Part shown: in pieces, positions 15,684-24,520 of the stretch
Layout of the letters: each line of letters starts with the position of its first letter
Position numbering within the stretch: position 1 is the stretch's first letter
Virus record (IMG/VR): IMGVR_UViG_3300003523_000007
Location: 1-34,048 of that record
Direction: 5' to 3' (one strand)
DNA length: 34,048 nucleotides
Origin: a virus
Notes under the pieces: model-generated
What the model was told of the DNA's origin: nothing
The model's database searches: none
The model's input: only the letters and a program-made list of their open reading frames with translations
Position numbers and translations under genes: made by a program

Positions 15684-16454
15684 GTGCCAAAGATTTTTAA
15701 TTGCTTTGAAGTCAAAAACGAAACCGAGCAAAAAGCCGATCTTTACTTTTACGGCGATATTGTTTCGGATTGGTGGGGAGCATGGCAAGACGAAGACCAA
15801 TACCCGAACGCGGTAAAAGATTTCTTGAACGCGCAGGCGGGAAAGGATCTTAATATTTACATAAATTCGGGCGGCGGATCAGTATTTGCAGGAATAGCAA
15901 TATACAACATGATCCAAAGACACGCAGCGAAAAACAAAGTCCAAATTTACGTTGACGGTTTGGCGGGGTCTATCGCGTCGGTAATAGCGTTTGCAGGAAG
16001 CGAACCGCCTAAAATTCCGTCGAACGCCTTTTTAATGATCCACAACCCGTGGACTTGTGGCGAGGGAAACGCCGCAGAACTTCGTAAAATGGCGGACGAT
16101 TTGGACGAAATCGCGGTCGGTATGCTTGCGATCTACGGCAAGCACTTAAAAGAGGGCGTGACAACGGAAGAAATCGCGGCGTTAATGGACGCGGAAACGT
16201 GGTTATCCGGAGAAGAAGCGGCAAAGTATTTTAATATCGACGTTACCGACGCCGTAGAATATGCCGCCGCCGTGGGCGATTATATGGATCGCGCCAACCG
16301 CGAAAAGATCCCGAAAGGGCTTTTATCATCAAAGCAGAGTCAACCGGAAGCAGCAAAGCAGAAAGAAGACGAAGCAAAAGCAAAACGCGAAGCGGAAACA
16401 ATCAAAGCCCGCAACGCAATAATGCGTAACTATTTGGAAATTATCACACAGTAA
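15684..16454 (+). CDS. ClpP-like head maturation protease
   Basis: YINSGGGSVFAGIAIYN, GLAGSIASVI and MIHNPW resemble the Clp/S14 serine protease core. GTG start after AAAGGGGG. Confidence 0.85.
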   Translation: MPKIFNCFEVKNETEQKADLYFYGDIVSDWWGAWQDEDQYPNAVKDFLNAQAGKDLNIYINSGGGSVFAGIAIYNMIQRHAAKNKVQIYVDGLAGSIASVIAFAGSEPPKIPSNAFLMIHNPWTCGEGNAAELRKMADDLDEIAVGMLAIYGKHLKEGVTTEEIAALMDAETWLSGEEAAKYFNIDVTDAVEYAAAVGDYMDRANREKIPKGLLSSKQSQPEAAKQKEDEAKAKREAETIKARNAIMRNYLEIITQ

Positions 16455-16475
16455 AAAGAAAGGGGTAAAACCAAC

Positions 16476-17708
16476 ATGAAACATGAAGATCTTATCAAAA
16501 TGAGCGTTAAAGACCTTGAAAAGCACATTGCGGCACTTGTTGAGAAGTCCAAGAGCGCAGAGGGCGAAGACCTTAACGCAATCGTAGCAGAGGTTGAGGA
16601 CGCAAAAGCAATTATCGCAGACGCAAAGGCGCGCGAGAGATTGCAGGCAATGGCAGGAGTAGCAGAACCCGAAGAAAACGACGTTAAGGAAGACGGCGTG
16701 CAGGGCGAAACCGGAGAAGTAAACGGCAAGATCAAAGCGTTTGAAGCAAGGGGCGCAGCAGCAAAGGCAGGAAAGGGCGTTAAGTATAGCGCAAAGACTA
16801 TTTCCCGCAAGGTTAAAAATAGCCTTTCCGTTGCAACAACCGCACCCGTTGTTCATACCGCAGGCGACGTTAAAGAAACTTTCAACGACGTATCAAGTCT
16901 TATTGATCGCGTTAAGGCTATTCCGTTGCAGGGTGGCGAAACTTATAACCGCGGCTTCGTAAAGTCTTACGGAACGGGCGGCGGAGTTACCGCAGAGGGC
17001 GCAGCATATAGCGCAAACGAACCCGTATTCGGCTATGTGGCAATCACAAAGCAGAAGATCACGGCTTACACAGAAGAACCCGAAGAAATGGTTAAACTTC
17101 CAAACGCAGATTATGACGGCGTTATCGAGGGCAGCGTTACACGTTCACTTCGTAGAATTATTACACGTCAGATCATGAACGGCGACGGCAGCACTTCCAC
17201 AATCAAGGGTATTTTCTACAATCCCGCTTCTTCAAGCGACGACGTTATCGACAGAAATACCGATCTTACAATGAGTGCAATCACAAATACTACACTTGAC
17301 GAGATCATTTATTCTTACGGCGGCGACGAAGACGTGGAAGCAATCGCAACACTTATTCTTAATAAGGCAGACTTAAAGGCGTTTGCAATGCTTCGTGATA
17401 GCGACGGAAGAAAGGTTTACACAATCGTAAACCACGGAAACACCGGAACAATCGACGGCGTGCCTTATATCATCAATAGCGCGTGTGACGCGGTTTCAGC
17501 AACAAAGACCGCCGCAACACCTTATTGCATGGCATACGGCGCACTTGATAATTTCGAGTTGGCTATCTTCTCCGACATTGACGCGAGAAAGTCCGAAGAC
17601 TTCAAGTTTTCAACCGGACAGATCGCATACAGAGGATCAATCTTTGTTGGTGGTGCGGTTTGCGCTTACAACGGCTTTATCCGTGTTAAGAGAGCAGCGC
17701 AGGGCTAA
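16476..17708 (+). CDS. Major capsid protein, HK97-type, with an N-terminal coiled-coil delta/scaffold-like region
   Basis: 410 aa, following the protease. An Ala/Glu/Lys-rich N-terminal stretch of about 110 aa precedes a capsid-sized body. Confidence 0.8.
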   Translation: MKHEDLIKMSVKDLEKHIAALVEKSKSAEGEDLNAIVAEVEDAKAIIADAKARERLQAMAGVAEPEENDVKEDGVQGETGEVNGKIKAFEARGAAAKAGKGVKYSAKTISRKVKNSLSVATTAPVVHTAGDVKETFNDVSSLIDRVKAIPLQGGETYNRGFVKSYGTGGGVTAEGAAYSANEPVFGYVAITKQKITAYTEEPEEMVKLPNADYDGVIEGSVTRSLRRIITRQIMNGDGSTSTIKGIFYNPASSSDDVIDRNTDLTMSAITNTTLDEIIYSYGGDEDVEAIATLILNKADLKAFAMLRDSDGRKVYTIVNHGNTGTIDGVPYIINSACDAVSATKTAATPYCMAYGALDNFELAIFSDIDARKSEDFKFSTGQIAYRGSIFVGGAVCAYNGFIRVKRAAQG

Positions 17709-17734
17709 TTTTAAGGTAAAGGGGTAACGATTTT

Positions 17735-18055
17735 ATGACAGTAGCGGAACTTTTGAGCGCGGCAAAGTTAAGAGTAAGGAAGACCGCAACCGACGGTTTA
17801 GACAATGACGTTCAACGTCTTGTTGATACCGCAATCGCGGATCTTAAACGTATCGGCGTCGATCCGTCGTGGCTTACCGCGCCCGAAGACCCGCTTTTAA
17901 TCGAAGCCGTATTATCTTACGTTAAAGCAAATTATAGTATTTCGGACGATTACGAAACGTTAATCGGCATTTACAACATGGTCTTAACAAAGATCAAAGG
18001 ATCGTCGCAATACTTCGCAGAAATGCCGGAGAGCAACGCGAACGACGGGGAGTAA
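17735..18055 (+). CDS. Head-tail connector (gp6-like) protein
   Basis: 106 aa, in the position after the capsid gene. Typical N-terminal helix pattern ...LRVRKTATDGLDNDVQRLVDTAIADL. Confidence 0.55.
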   Translation: MTVAELLSAAKLRVRKTATDGLDNDVQRLVDTAIADLKRIGVDPSWLTAPEDPLLIEAVLSYVKANYSISDDYETLIGIYNMVLTKIKGSSQYFAEMPESNANDGE

Positions 18056-18070
18056 GAAAGGCGGGCAACT

Positions 18071-18355
18071 ATGGAAGCGGAAATTATTTTAGTCAGCGTT
18101 GGAGCAAGCGCAGACGACGACGTCGAAACAACCGTATTTGCAGAAGTTGACCCCGTAGGACGTGACGAATTTAACGCAGCGGGACAAATGGGAATGAAAG
18201 CCGAATACAAATTTACGGTTTGGGCGGCAGAATATGACGGACAAGACGAAATCGAGTACGACGGCAAGCGACTTTCTATTTACCGAACTTACGGAGCAAG
18301 ACGCGACGACAAAATGGAGTTATACACGGCAGAAAGGGCGGGCAATGGTAGTTAA
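18071..18355 (+). CDS. Head closure / head-tail adaptor protein
   Basis: 94 aa. Size, position and the ...EYKFTVWAAEY...IYRTY pattern fit. Confidence 0.55.
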   Translation: MEAEIILVSVGASADDDVETTVFAEVDPVGRDEFNAAGQMGMKAEYKFTVWAAEYDGQDEIEYDGKRLSIYRTYGARRDDKMELYTAERAGNGS

Positions 18356-18749
18356 TATCGGTTACGACCAACTAACGGACGAATTGCAAAAGCAACTTTC
18401 GGAATATTCGCAGGATATAACCGAGGGTTTGAACAAGGTTTATAAAAGTCTTGCAGATCAAGGCGTCGCAGAGTTACAGAGAAACAAGCCGTACCATGAC
18501 CGGACGGGTCGTTATTCAAAAGGCTTTGCGGTAACGCAGAGAAAAGGCGCGCAATCCGTAACGGGCGGCGAGTCGTACACGATCCACAACAAAAAGCATT
18601 ATCAAATAACGCATTTGTTGGAATACGGACACTTAACCCGCAAAGGAAACCGGACAAGAACGTTTGAACATTGGAAACCTACGATCGAGAAGATCGACGC
18701 GGCAGCAGAAAAAGCGGTCGCCGAGGTTGTAAGAAATGCAGGCGGTTAA
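18345..18749 (+). CDS. HK97 gp10-like tail/neck component
   Basis: I use the internal ATG after GAAAGGGCGGG. The ...HLLEYGH... motif is typical of the HK97 gp10 family. Confidence 0.6.
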   Translation: MVVNIGYDQLTDELQKQLSEYSQDITEGLNKVYKSLADQGVAELQRNKPYHDRTGRYSKGFAVTQRKGAQSVTGGESYTIHNKKHYQITHLLEYGHLTRKGNRTRTFEHWKPTIEKIDAAAEKAVAEVVRNAGG

Positions 18750-18764
18750 AAGGGGGTCTATACA

Positions 18765-19112
18765 ATGCCAACATTCGACGAAATTGTCGCGAGGGCGTCG
18801 GCGTTGGGCTATCCAATCGCCGAAAACGAATTTACGATCACGAAGCAGAACCCCGCCCCGACTTTACCGTTTATTTGTTATATGAGGGTAGAGAGATACA
18901 CGGGAACGGATCAACGCGTAAGGATCAAGACAACGGACGGATCTTTCGAGTTTTACACAGATCGAAAACCAAGCGCAGCAGATCGCGCAGCAATCGCAGC
19001 GTTTGAAGCCGCCGTCTTTCCGGACGTAGATTTCGTTAAGACGCAATCATTTATTCGCGACGAAAACATGACACAAACGGCGTATGAATTTACGTTAGTT
19101 GAAAAGATATGA
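18765..19112 (+). CDS. Tail completion-like protein (hypothetical)
   Basis: 115 aa, between the gp10-like and major tail genes. Confidence 0.45.
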   Translation: MPTFDEIVARASALGYPIAENEFTITKQNPAPTLPFICYMRVERYTGTDQRVRIKTTDGSFEFYTDRKPSAADRAAIAAFEAAVFPDVDFVKTQSFIRDENMTQTAYEFTLVEKI

Positions 19113-19128
19113 AAGGAGCATAAAAAGC

Positions 19129-19932
19129 ATGAGTGCAGCAGAAAGAATTATTTTAGGATCGGGCTATTTGCACGTCGGCACTTACACAAGAGGGCAGACA
19201 GTACCAAACCCCGAAGATTTTTGTACCGACGATAACAAGTACGCGTACATTTCCGGCGGCGCAGAGTTAGAGTATTCGCCGGAGTTTTACGAAGCAAAAG
19301 ACGATATGGGTAAAGTTGCAAAGTCAGTTATGACAGAGGAAGAAGCAACACTTAAAGCCGGAATAATGACATTTACCGGAAACACCCTTGATAAACTTTG
19401 CGATACCGCGCGCGTTACAGAGAGAGTAAACGCGATCGACGGAAAGACTTACAGAGAAGTAAAAGTCGGCGGCGCAGGAAATCAGAGGGGCGCAAAGTAT
19501 GTTATTTGCTTCCACCATATAGACACAGTAGACGGCGACATTTACTTAATGATCGTCGGACAGAACCAAGCAGGATTTACACTTTCATTCAAGAAAGACG
19601 AAGCAACCGTCGTTGACGCAGAGTTTCACGCGCTGCCTATGGACGGAGAGGGAACACTTATTGACTACGTCGAAGAAGTGGTCGGAGCGGTTACAACTTA
19701 TAGCGTAACACAAAACCTTTCACACGTTACAAGCGACTATTCAAGCGAAGAAGTAGAAGCGGGCGAGGATCTTTCAATTAGTCTTACCGCGGCTTCCGGT
19801 TACACAATTAGCACCGTTACCGTACTTATGGGCGGCGAAGTTGTGGCGAACGCATGGGATAGCACAGAGGGCAAAGTAACAGTTGAGAACGTAAGCGGCG
19901 ACGTTAGTATTACCGCCGTTGCAACGGCTTAA
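19129..19932 (+). CDS. Major tail protein with a C-terminal Ig-like domain
   Basis: Start at ATG after GAAAGGAG. Its position before the chaperone pair fits. The last ~75 aa (VTQNLSHV...VSGDVSITAVATA) look like a beta-sandwich decoration domain. Confidence 0.65.
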   Translation: MSAAERIILGSGYLHVGTYTRGQTVPNPEDFCTDDNKYAYISGGAELEYSPEFYEAKDDMGKVAKSVMTEEEATLKAGIMTFTGNTLDKLCDTARVTERVNAIDGKTYREVKVGGAGNQRGAKYVICFHHIDTVDGDIYLMIVGQNQAGFTLSFKKDEATVVDAEFHALPMDGEGTLIDYVEEVVGAVTTYSVTQNLSHVTSDYSSEEVEAGEDLSISLTAASGYTISTVTVLMGGEVVANAWDSTEGKVTVENVSGDVSITAVATA

Positions 19933-19969
19933 TGAAAACCGATACCCGTAAACCACAATAAACAGTAGC

Positions 19970-20012
19970 GGCGGAGCGGGGCAAACACACAACCCGCCCG
20001 CCGTTAATTTCT
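19970..20012 (+). terminator. Terminator-like hairpin after the major tail gene
   Basis: GGCGG-A-GCGGG (19970-19980) pairs with CCCGCCCGCC (19993-20002), giving 10 bp with one bulge, followed by GTTAATTTCTT. Confidence 0.45.
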
Positions 20013-20043
20013 TATAACAGAAATACGAAAGGAAAATAATATC

Positions 20044-20373
20044 ATGGCTAATATTTCATTTGATTTCAATAAAATTAAAAGATCCTTTTTTAACGTAACG
20101 TTAAAGGACGAAAGAAAGTTACAAGTAAAAATGCCTACAAAGAAAACTTTTGAGAAGTTGCAGGCGTTACAGAACATGAAAGAAGACGAAGTCGAGATCG
20201 ACGACATGATGGACACTTTCGGCGCGCTTTGTGCCGAAACACTATCACACAACCTTAACAACGAAGAAGTTACGGTCGCTTATATGGTGGATAACTACGA
20301 CATAGAAGAAATGACCGAGTTTATAAAGACATTTTACGCGTTTGTTGGTGGAGTTGCAGAAGACCCAAACTAA
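20044..20373 (+). CDS. Tail assembly chaperone (G-like)
   Basis: 109 aa, immediately before the tape measure region. It ends in the slippery site CCCAAAC followed by TAA. Confidence 0.7.
   Translation: MANISFDFNKIKRSFFNVTLKDERKLQVKMPTKKTFEKLQALQNMKEDEVEIDDMMDTFGALCAETLSHNLNNEEVTVAYMVDNYDIEEMTEFIKTFYAFVGGVAEDPN
20364..20370 (+). promoter_or_regulatory. -1 programmed frameshift slippery heptamer C CCA AAC
   Basis: X XXY YYZ in the G frame, one codon before the stop. The -1 frame is open from 20295 to 20657. Confidence 0.65.
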
Positions 20374-20375
20374 AA

Positions 20376-20657
20376 TTGCCCTACTACGCAGGGGGCAAAA
20401 AACAAAAATACTATTACAAACCGGAAACAGAAAGCGAACATTTAGTGATCGCTTACACGGGTTTGAATATTAGGGAAATAGATAATATGGACTTCGACGA
20501 ATATTTGTTTTATGTGCGTGAAGCCTATATCTACAACTTAAACCAAACCGAAGACGGGCGCGAGTATTTACAAAATTGTTGGAGAATGACACAGACAAAA
20601 CCGGAAAGATCGAAACTTCGGGATCAATTCGGAAAGGGTGCAAAGCATGGCGAATAA
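20376..20657 (+). CDS. T-like extension of the tail assembly chaperone (expressed as a G-T fusion by a -1 frameshift; probably not a free-standing gene)
   Basis: It is in the -1 frame relative to 20044-20373. It has no ATG and no RBS of its own (the track start is TTG). Confidence 0.6.
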   Translation: MPYYAGGKKQKYYYKPETESEHLVIAYTGLNIREIDNMDFDEYLFYVREAYIYNLNQTEDGREYLQNCWRMTQTKPERSKLRDQFGKGAKHGE

Positions 20658-23634
20658 TATTAAAGGTATTACAATCGAAATCGGGGGATCTACACAAAAG
20701 TTAGATCAAGCGTTAAAGGGGGTTAATTCAACCGCGAAATCGTTACAGAACGAATTAAAGGCGGTAAATAATGCCCTTAAACTTGACCCGAAAAACGTTG
20801 AACTTGCAGCAAAGAAGCAGGAATTATTAAAAACCGCCGTTGACAACACGAAGCAGAAGTTAGACACCCTTAAAACCGCGCAGGAACAAGCACGACAAGC
20901 GTTTGAACGCGGAGAAATGGGCGAAGAAAAATACCGCGCATTAGAAACCGAGATCATCAACACCGAAACAGACTTAAAGCGTCTTGAAAGTCAGTTAGAA
21001 AACACTTCAAAAGACGCCGAAACGTTAGGATCAAAGTTTGAAACCGTCGGCAACAAAATGCAGGCAGCAGGCGGCAAAATGGAAGCCGCAGGAAAAGCAC
21101 TTGCGCCCGTATCGGCAGCAGCGGCAGCAATCGGCGCGGCGGCGATCAAGTCCGCAATGGATCTTGACGAGGGTTACGACACAGTAATAACAAAGACCGG
21201 AGCAACGGGCGAAGCATTGGACGGCTTAAAAGATAGCGTGGACAATGTATTTACAGACTTACCGACAACGGCAGCAGACGCAGGAACGGCGGTAGGCGAA
21301 GTTAATACCCGCTTTGGAGCAACGGGCGACGAACTTACGGAGTTATCAAAAGACTTTGTAAAATTCGCACAGATCAACGGAACGGATCTTAATACGGCAA
21401 TCGACGACGTAGACAGTATTATGACAAAATTCGGCGTCGATAGTAAAGAAACAAAGAACGTATTAGGGCTTATGACAAAAGCCGGACAAGACACGGGAAT
21501 TTCAATGGACACGTTGCAAAATTCCTTAAAGACGAACGGCGCAACATTAAAGGAAATGGGGTTAGGGCTTACCGAGTCCGTAAACCTACTTGCACAATTT
21601 GAGTCAAGCGGCGTTGACAGTACAACCGCCCTTGCAGGCTTAAAGAAAGCGCAGCAGAACGCAACCGCAGAGGGAAAAACACTTGACGAAGCGTTAGGCG
21701 AAACAGTAGAGAAGATCAAGAACGCCGGAAGCGAAACGGAAGCGTTACAGATCGCGACCGAGTTATTCGGCAAAAAAGGCGCGGCAGAAATGACGCAGGC
21801 TATACGCGAGGGGCGTTTTAGTCTTGACGATTTAACGGCGTCGTTAGGAGATTACGGAACAACCGTTGAAGATACATTTAACGCAACGCTTGATCCGTGG
21901 GACGAAGCAAAAGTCGCACTTAATAATTTGAAACTTGCCGGATCGGAACTTGCGGGCGAACTTTTGGCGTCGCTTCAACCCGTTATTGCGGCGGTTGTGG
22001 CAAAGGTAAAAGAGTTTACAACGTGGTTTAAGAATTTAGACGGCGGAACAAAACAAATTATTGCGAAGATCCTTTTACTTGTTGCGGCACTTGCGCCCGC
22101 GCTAACGATATTTGGGAAACTAACAACGGGCGTCGGGGGTTTGGTAACAAAAATCGGCGGTTTGATAACAAAAGTCGGGGGACTTCAAGGCGTGATCGCG
22201 GCTTTAACTTCTCCGGTCGGAATAGTTATTGCAGCAATCGCGGCGTTGGTTGCAGCGTTTGTATATTTCTATAAAACAAACGATCAATTTAGGGATAAAG
22301 TAAACGCAGCATGGGACAAGATCAAAACCGCGTTTCAAAATATGGTTGCAGCAATTAAACCGTTGCTTGAAAACCTTAAAACCGCGTTTGATAGTCTTAT
22401 GCAGGCATTACAACCGATCTTTGAATTATGGATCAATTATATTACCCGTCTTGTTTCGGGTATTATGGCAGCCGTTCCAAGTATTATTGCAGCGGTAACG
22501 AACGTCGTACAGTTTGTAACAAACATCATAAACGCACTTGTCGCATTGCTTCACGGAGATTTCGACGGTTTCTTTACTTATCTTTCCGCAGCATGGCAAA
22601 ACGTAGTTAATTTTATTACAAATATTCTTAATGCGTGGGCGGCGTTCCTATCAACGTTCTTTTCCGGAGTATGGACGACGGTTAAGTCGATCTTTTCAAC
22701 GGTTGCAACGTGGTTTGGAACAATGTTTACAAACGCCTATAACAATATCGTAAACGCCTTTAAGAATATCGGACAATGGTTTAGCGCGCGTTGGACGGAT
22801 ATTAAGAACGCTTTATCAACGGTTGCAACATGGTTTCTTACTATGTTTACAAATGCCTATACGAACGTTAAAAACGTATTCGCAGCGATCGGACAATGGT
22901 TTGCGGCACGTTGGCAAGATATAAAGAACGCTTTATCAACGGTTGCAACATGGTTTGGAACAATGTTTACAAATGCCTATACGAACGTTAAAAACGCGTT
23001 TGCTTCAATCGGACAATGGTTTAGCGCGCGTTGGACGGATATTAAAAACGTATTTTCGACGGTTTCAAGTTTCTTTTCGGAGAAATTCAACGCAGCGGCG
23101 CAGGCGGTCAAGAACGCGTTTAATTCAATACCGCAATTCTTTACAGATCTTTGGAATAAGATAACGGGGATCTTTAAGGACGCAGGGCAGAAAGTCGCCG
23201 ACGGAGTTATGGGCGCGTTTAAGTCCGCTTGTAATTCAGTATTCGGAACGATTGAAAATATCGTAAACGGTTTTGTTGACACGATAAACGGAGTTATCGG
23301 CGTAATAAATGAAATTCCGGGGGTTTCTATTGGCGGATTGTCCCGCGTATCACTTCCAAGACTTGCAAAAGGCGGCGTGCTTTCAAAGGGTCAAGCAATC
23401 GTCGGAGAAGCCGGAGCGGAGTTATTGACGGTTGGAAATGGTCGCGCAATCGTAACACCACTTTCGGACAAAAACAGATCCGACACGTTAGCGCAGGCAG
23501 GGGCAGCAGGCAGAAAGGGCGATTTTATACAAAACAATTATATTCAGAGTCCGAAAGCCTTATCGCCTTATGAAGTAGGAAGACAAACAAGAAATCAAAC
23601 CCGTAATATGGTTTTAGCATTACAAAAGGGGTAA
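20647..23634 (+). CDS. Tape measure protein
   Basis: About 995 aa. N-terminal coiled coil, hydrophobic Ala/Gly/Ile-rich central segments and internal tandem repeats. ATG 20647 follows GGAAAGGGTG. Confidence 0.9.
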   Translation: MANNIKGITIEIGGSTQKLDQALKGVNSTAKSLQNELKAVNNALKLDPKNVELAAKKQELLKTAVDNTKQKLDTLKTAQEQARQAFERGEMGEEKYRALETEIINTETDLKRLESQLENTSKDAETLGSKFETVGNKMQAAGGKMEAAGKALAPVSAAAAAIGAAAIKSAMDLDEGYDTVITKTGATGEALDGLKDSVDNVFTDLPTTAADAGTAVGEVNTRFGATGDELTELSKDFVKFAQINGTDLNTAIDDVDSIMTKFGVDSKETKNVLGLMTKAGQDTGISMDTLQNSLKTNGATLKEMGLGLTESVNLLAQFESSGVDSTTALAGLKKAQQNATAEGKTLDEALGETVEKIKNAGSETEALQIATELFGKKGAAEMTQAIREGRFSLDDLTASLGDYGTTVEDTFNATLDPWDEAKVALNNLKLAGSELAGELLASLQPVIAAVVAKVKEFTTWFKNLDGGTKQIIAKILLLVAALAPALTIFGKLTTGVGGLVTKIGGLITKVGGLQGVIAALTSPVGIVIAAIAALVAAFVYFYKTNDQFRDKVNAAWDKIKTAFQNMVAAIKPLLENLKTAFDSLMQALQPIFELWINYITRLVSGIMAAVPSIIAAVTNVVQFVTNIINALVALLHGDFDGFFTYLSAAWQNVVNFITNILNAWAAFLSTFFSGVWTTVKSIFSTVATWFGTMFTNAYNNIVNAFKNIGQWFSARWTDIKNALSTVATWFLTMFTNAYTNVKNVFAAIGQWFAARWQDIKNALSTVATWFGTMFTNAYTNVKNAFASIGQWFSARWTDIKNVFSTVSSFFSEKFNAAAQAVKNAFNSIPQFFTDLWNKITGIFKDAGQKVADGVMGAFKSACNSVFGTIENIVNGFVDTINGVIGVINEIPGVSIGGLSRVSLPRLAKGGVLSKGQAIVGEAGAELLTVGNGRAIVTPLSDKNRSDTLAQAGAAGRKGDFIQNNYIQSPKALSPYEVGRQTRNQTRNMVLALQKG
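22696..23055 (+). repeat. Three tandem 120-bp (40-aa) in-frame repeats inside the tape measure gene
   Basis: Units start at 22696, 22816 and 22936. The protein unit is STVATWFGTMFTNAY.N..N.F..IGQWF.ARW.DIKNAL. Confidence 0.9.
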
Positions 23635-23637
23635 AAC

Positions 23638-24519
23638 ATGAGCGCAGATAGAAAGATCACTTGTATAAACGAAGATAACGTCGAAGTTTCTTTCGATTAT
23701 GACGACACAAGCGCGTTTTTTCTTGAAAGTATCGACGGCGTCATGAGCGTTACAAACAAGGTTACGACTTCGGAGAATACGACCGTTGACGGATCAACTT
23801 ATCAAGGAAGCGTAACGCAGCAAAGAAACATAGTAATAACCGCCCACATATCAAAGAAACACGTTTATTATCGTAATTTGCTTTATAAATGTTTCAAGCC
23901 AAAGACAAACGGGCGACTTACTTACGAAGAAGAAGACGAAAAAAGAATAATTGACTATCATGTGGAGTCGATCGAGGTTGACGAAAAAGGCGTTGTCCGT
24001 AACGCGGTTATATCGCTTATTTGTCCCGATCCGTTCTTCAAGGACGAAGAAGACACCGTTGTAACAATGGCGGGTTGGGAAGCACGTTTCGAGTTTCCGC
24101 ACAACTTCACGGCAGAAAAAGAACCGTTCGGCGAAAGAGTCGCAGAGATCATTAAAGAGATCGAAAACGATAGCGCGGCGGACAATATCGGTATTGAAAT
24201 ATTGATCGAAGCAATGGGGGCGGTAACAAACCCCGCAATTTATCACACCGAACAAGATATTTACATCAAAGTCGGAACGGAAAACAACCCGCTTTCGATC
24301 GCCCGCGGCGACAAAATCAAAATAACAACCGGAACGAACGAAAAAGCCGTTTACTTAATACAAGGCGAAACGACAACCGAGATCAACGAGTATTTAGACG
24401 AGGGATCGGAGTTTATACAGTTAGTACACGGCAAGAATACGTTTACTTACGCAGCGGCAGCAGGGCGCGACTATATGAACGTAACAATAACGTATCGCTT
24501 CCGTTATTTGGGGGTATGA
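23638..24519 (+). CDS. Distal tail protein (Dit-like)
   Basis: 293 aa, immediately after the tape measure. Called from position and size. Confidence 0.55.
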   Translation: MSADRKITCINEDNVEVSFDYDDTSAFFLESIDGVMSVTNKVTTSENTTVDGSTYQGSVTQQRNIVITAHISKKHVYYRNLLYKCFKPKTNGRLTYEEEDEKRIIDYHVESIEVDEKGVVRNAVISLICPDPFFKDEEDTVVTMAGWEARFEFPHNFTAEKEPFGERVAEIIKEIENDSAADNIGIEILIEAMGAVTNPAIYHTEQDIYIKVGTENNPLSIARGDKIKITTGTNEKAVYLIQGETTTEINEYLDEGSEFIQLVHGKNTFTYAAAAGRDYMNVTITYRFRYLGV

Positions 24520-24520
24520 T

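Noticed and set aside
16329-16856. Minus-strand ORFs of 175 aa and 126 aa opposite the capsid and protease genes
   Set aside because: They are Cys/Phe/Leu-rich low-complexity translations antisense to strongly supported + strand genes. They have no RBS. This is typical of the shadow of a purine-rich coding strand.
21174-21773. 199-aa minus-strand ORF inside the tape measure gene
   Set aside because: It is the antisense shadow of an Ala/Gly/Thr-rich region of the tape measure gene, with no start context.
22696-23055. Regular 120-bp repeats considered as a possible CRISPR-like array
   Set aside because: The repeats are contiguous with no unique spacers, are in frame, and encode a repeated protein unit of the tape measure.
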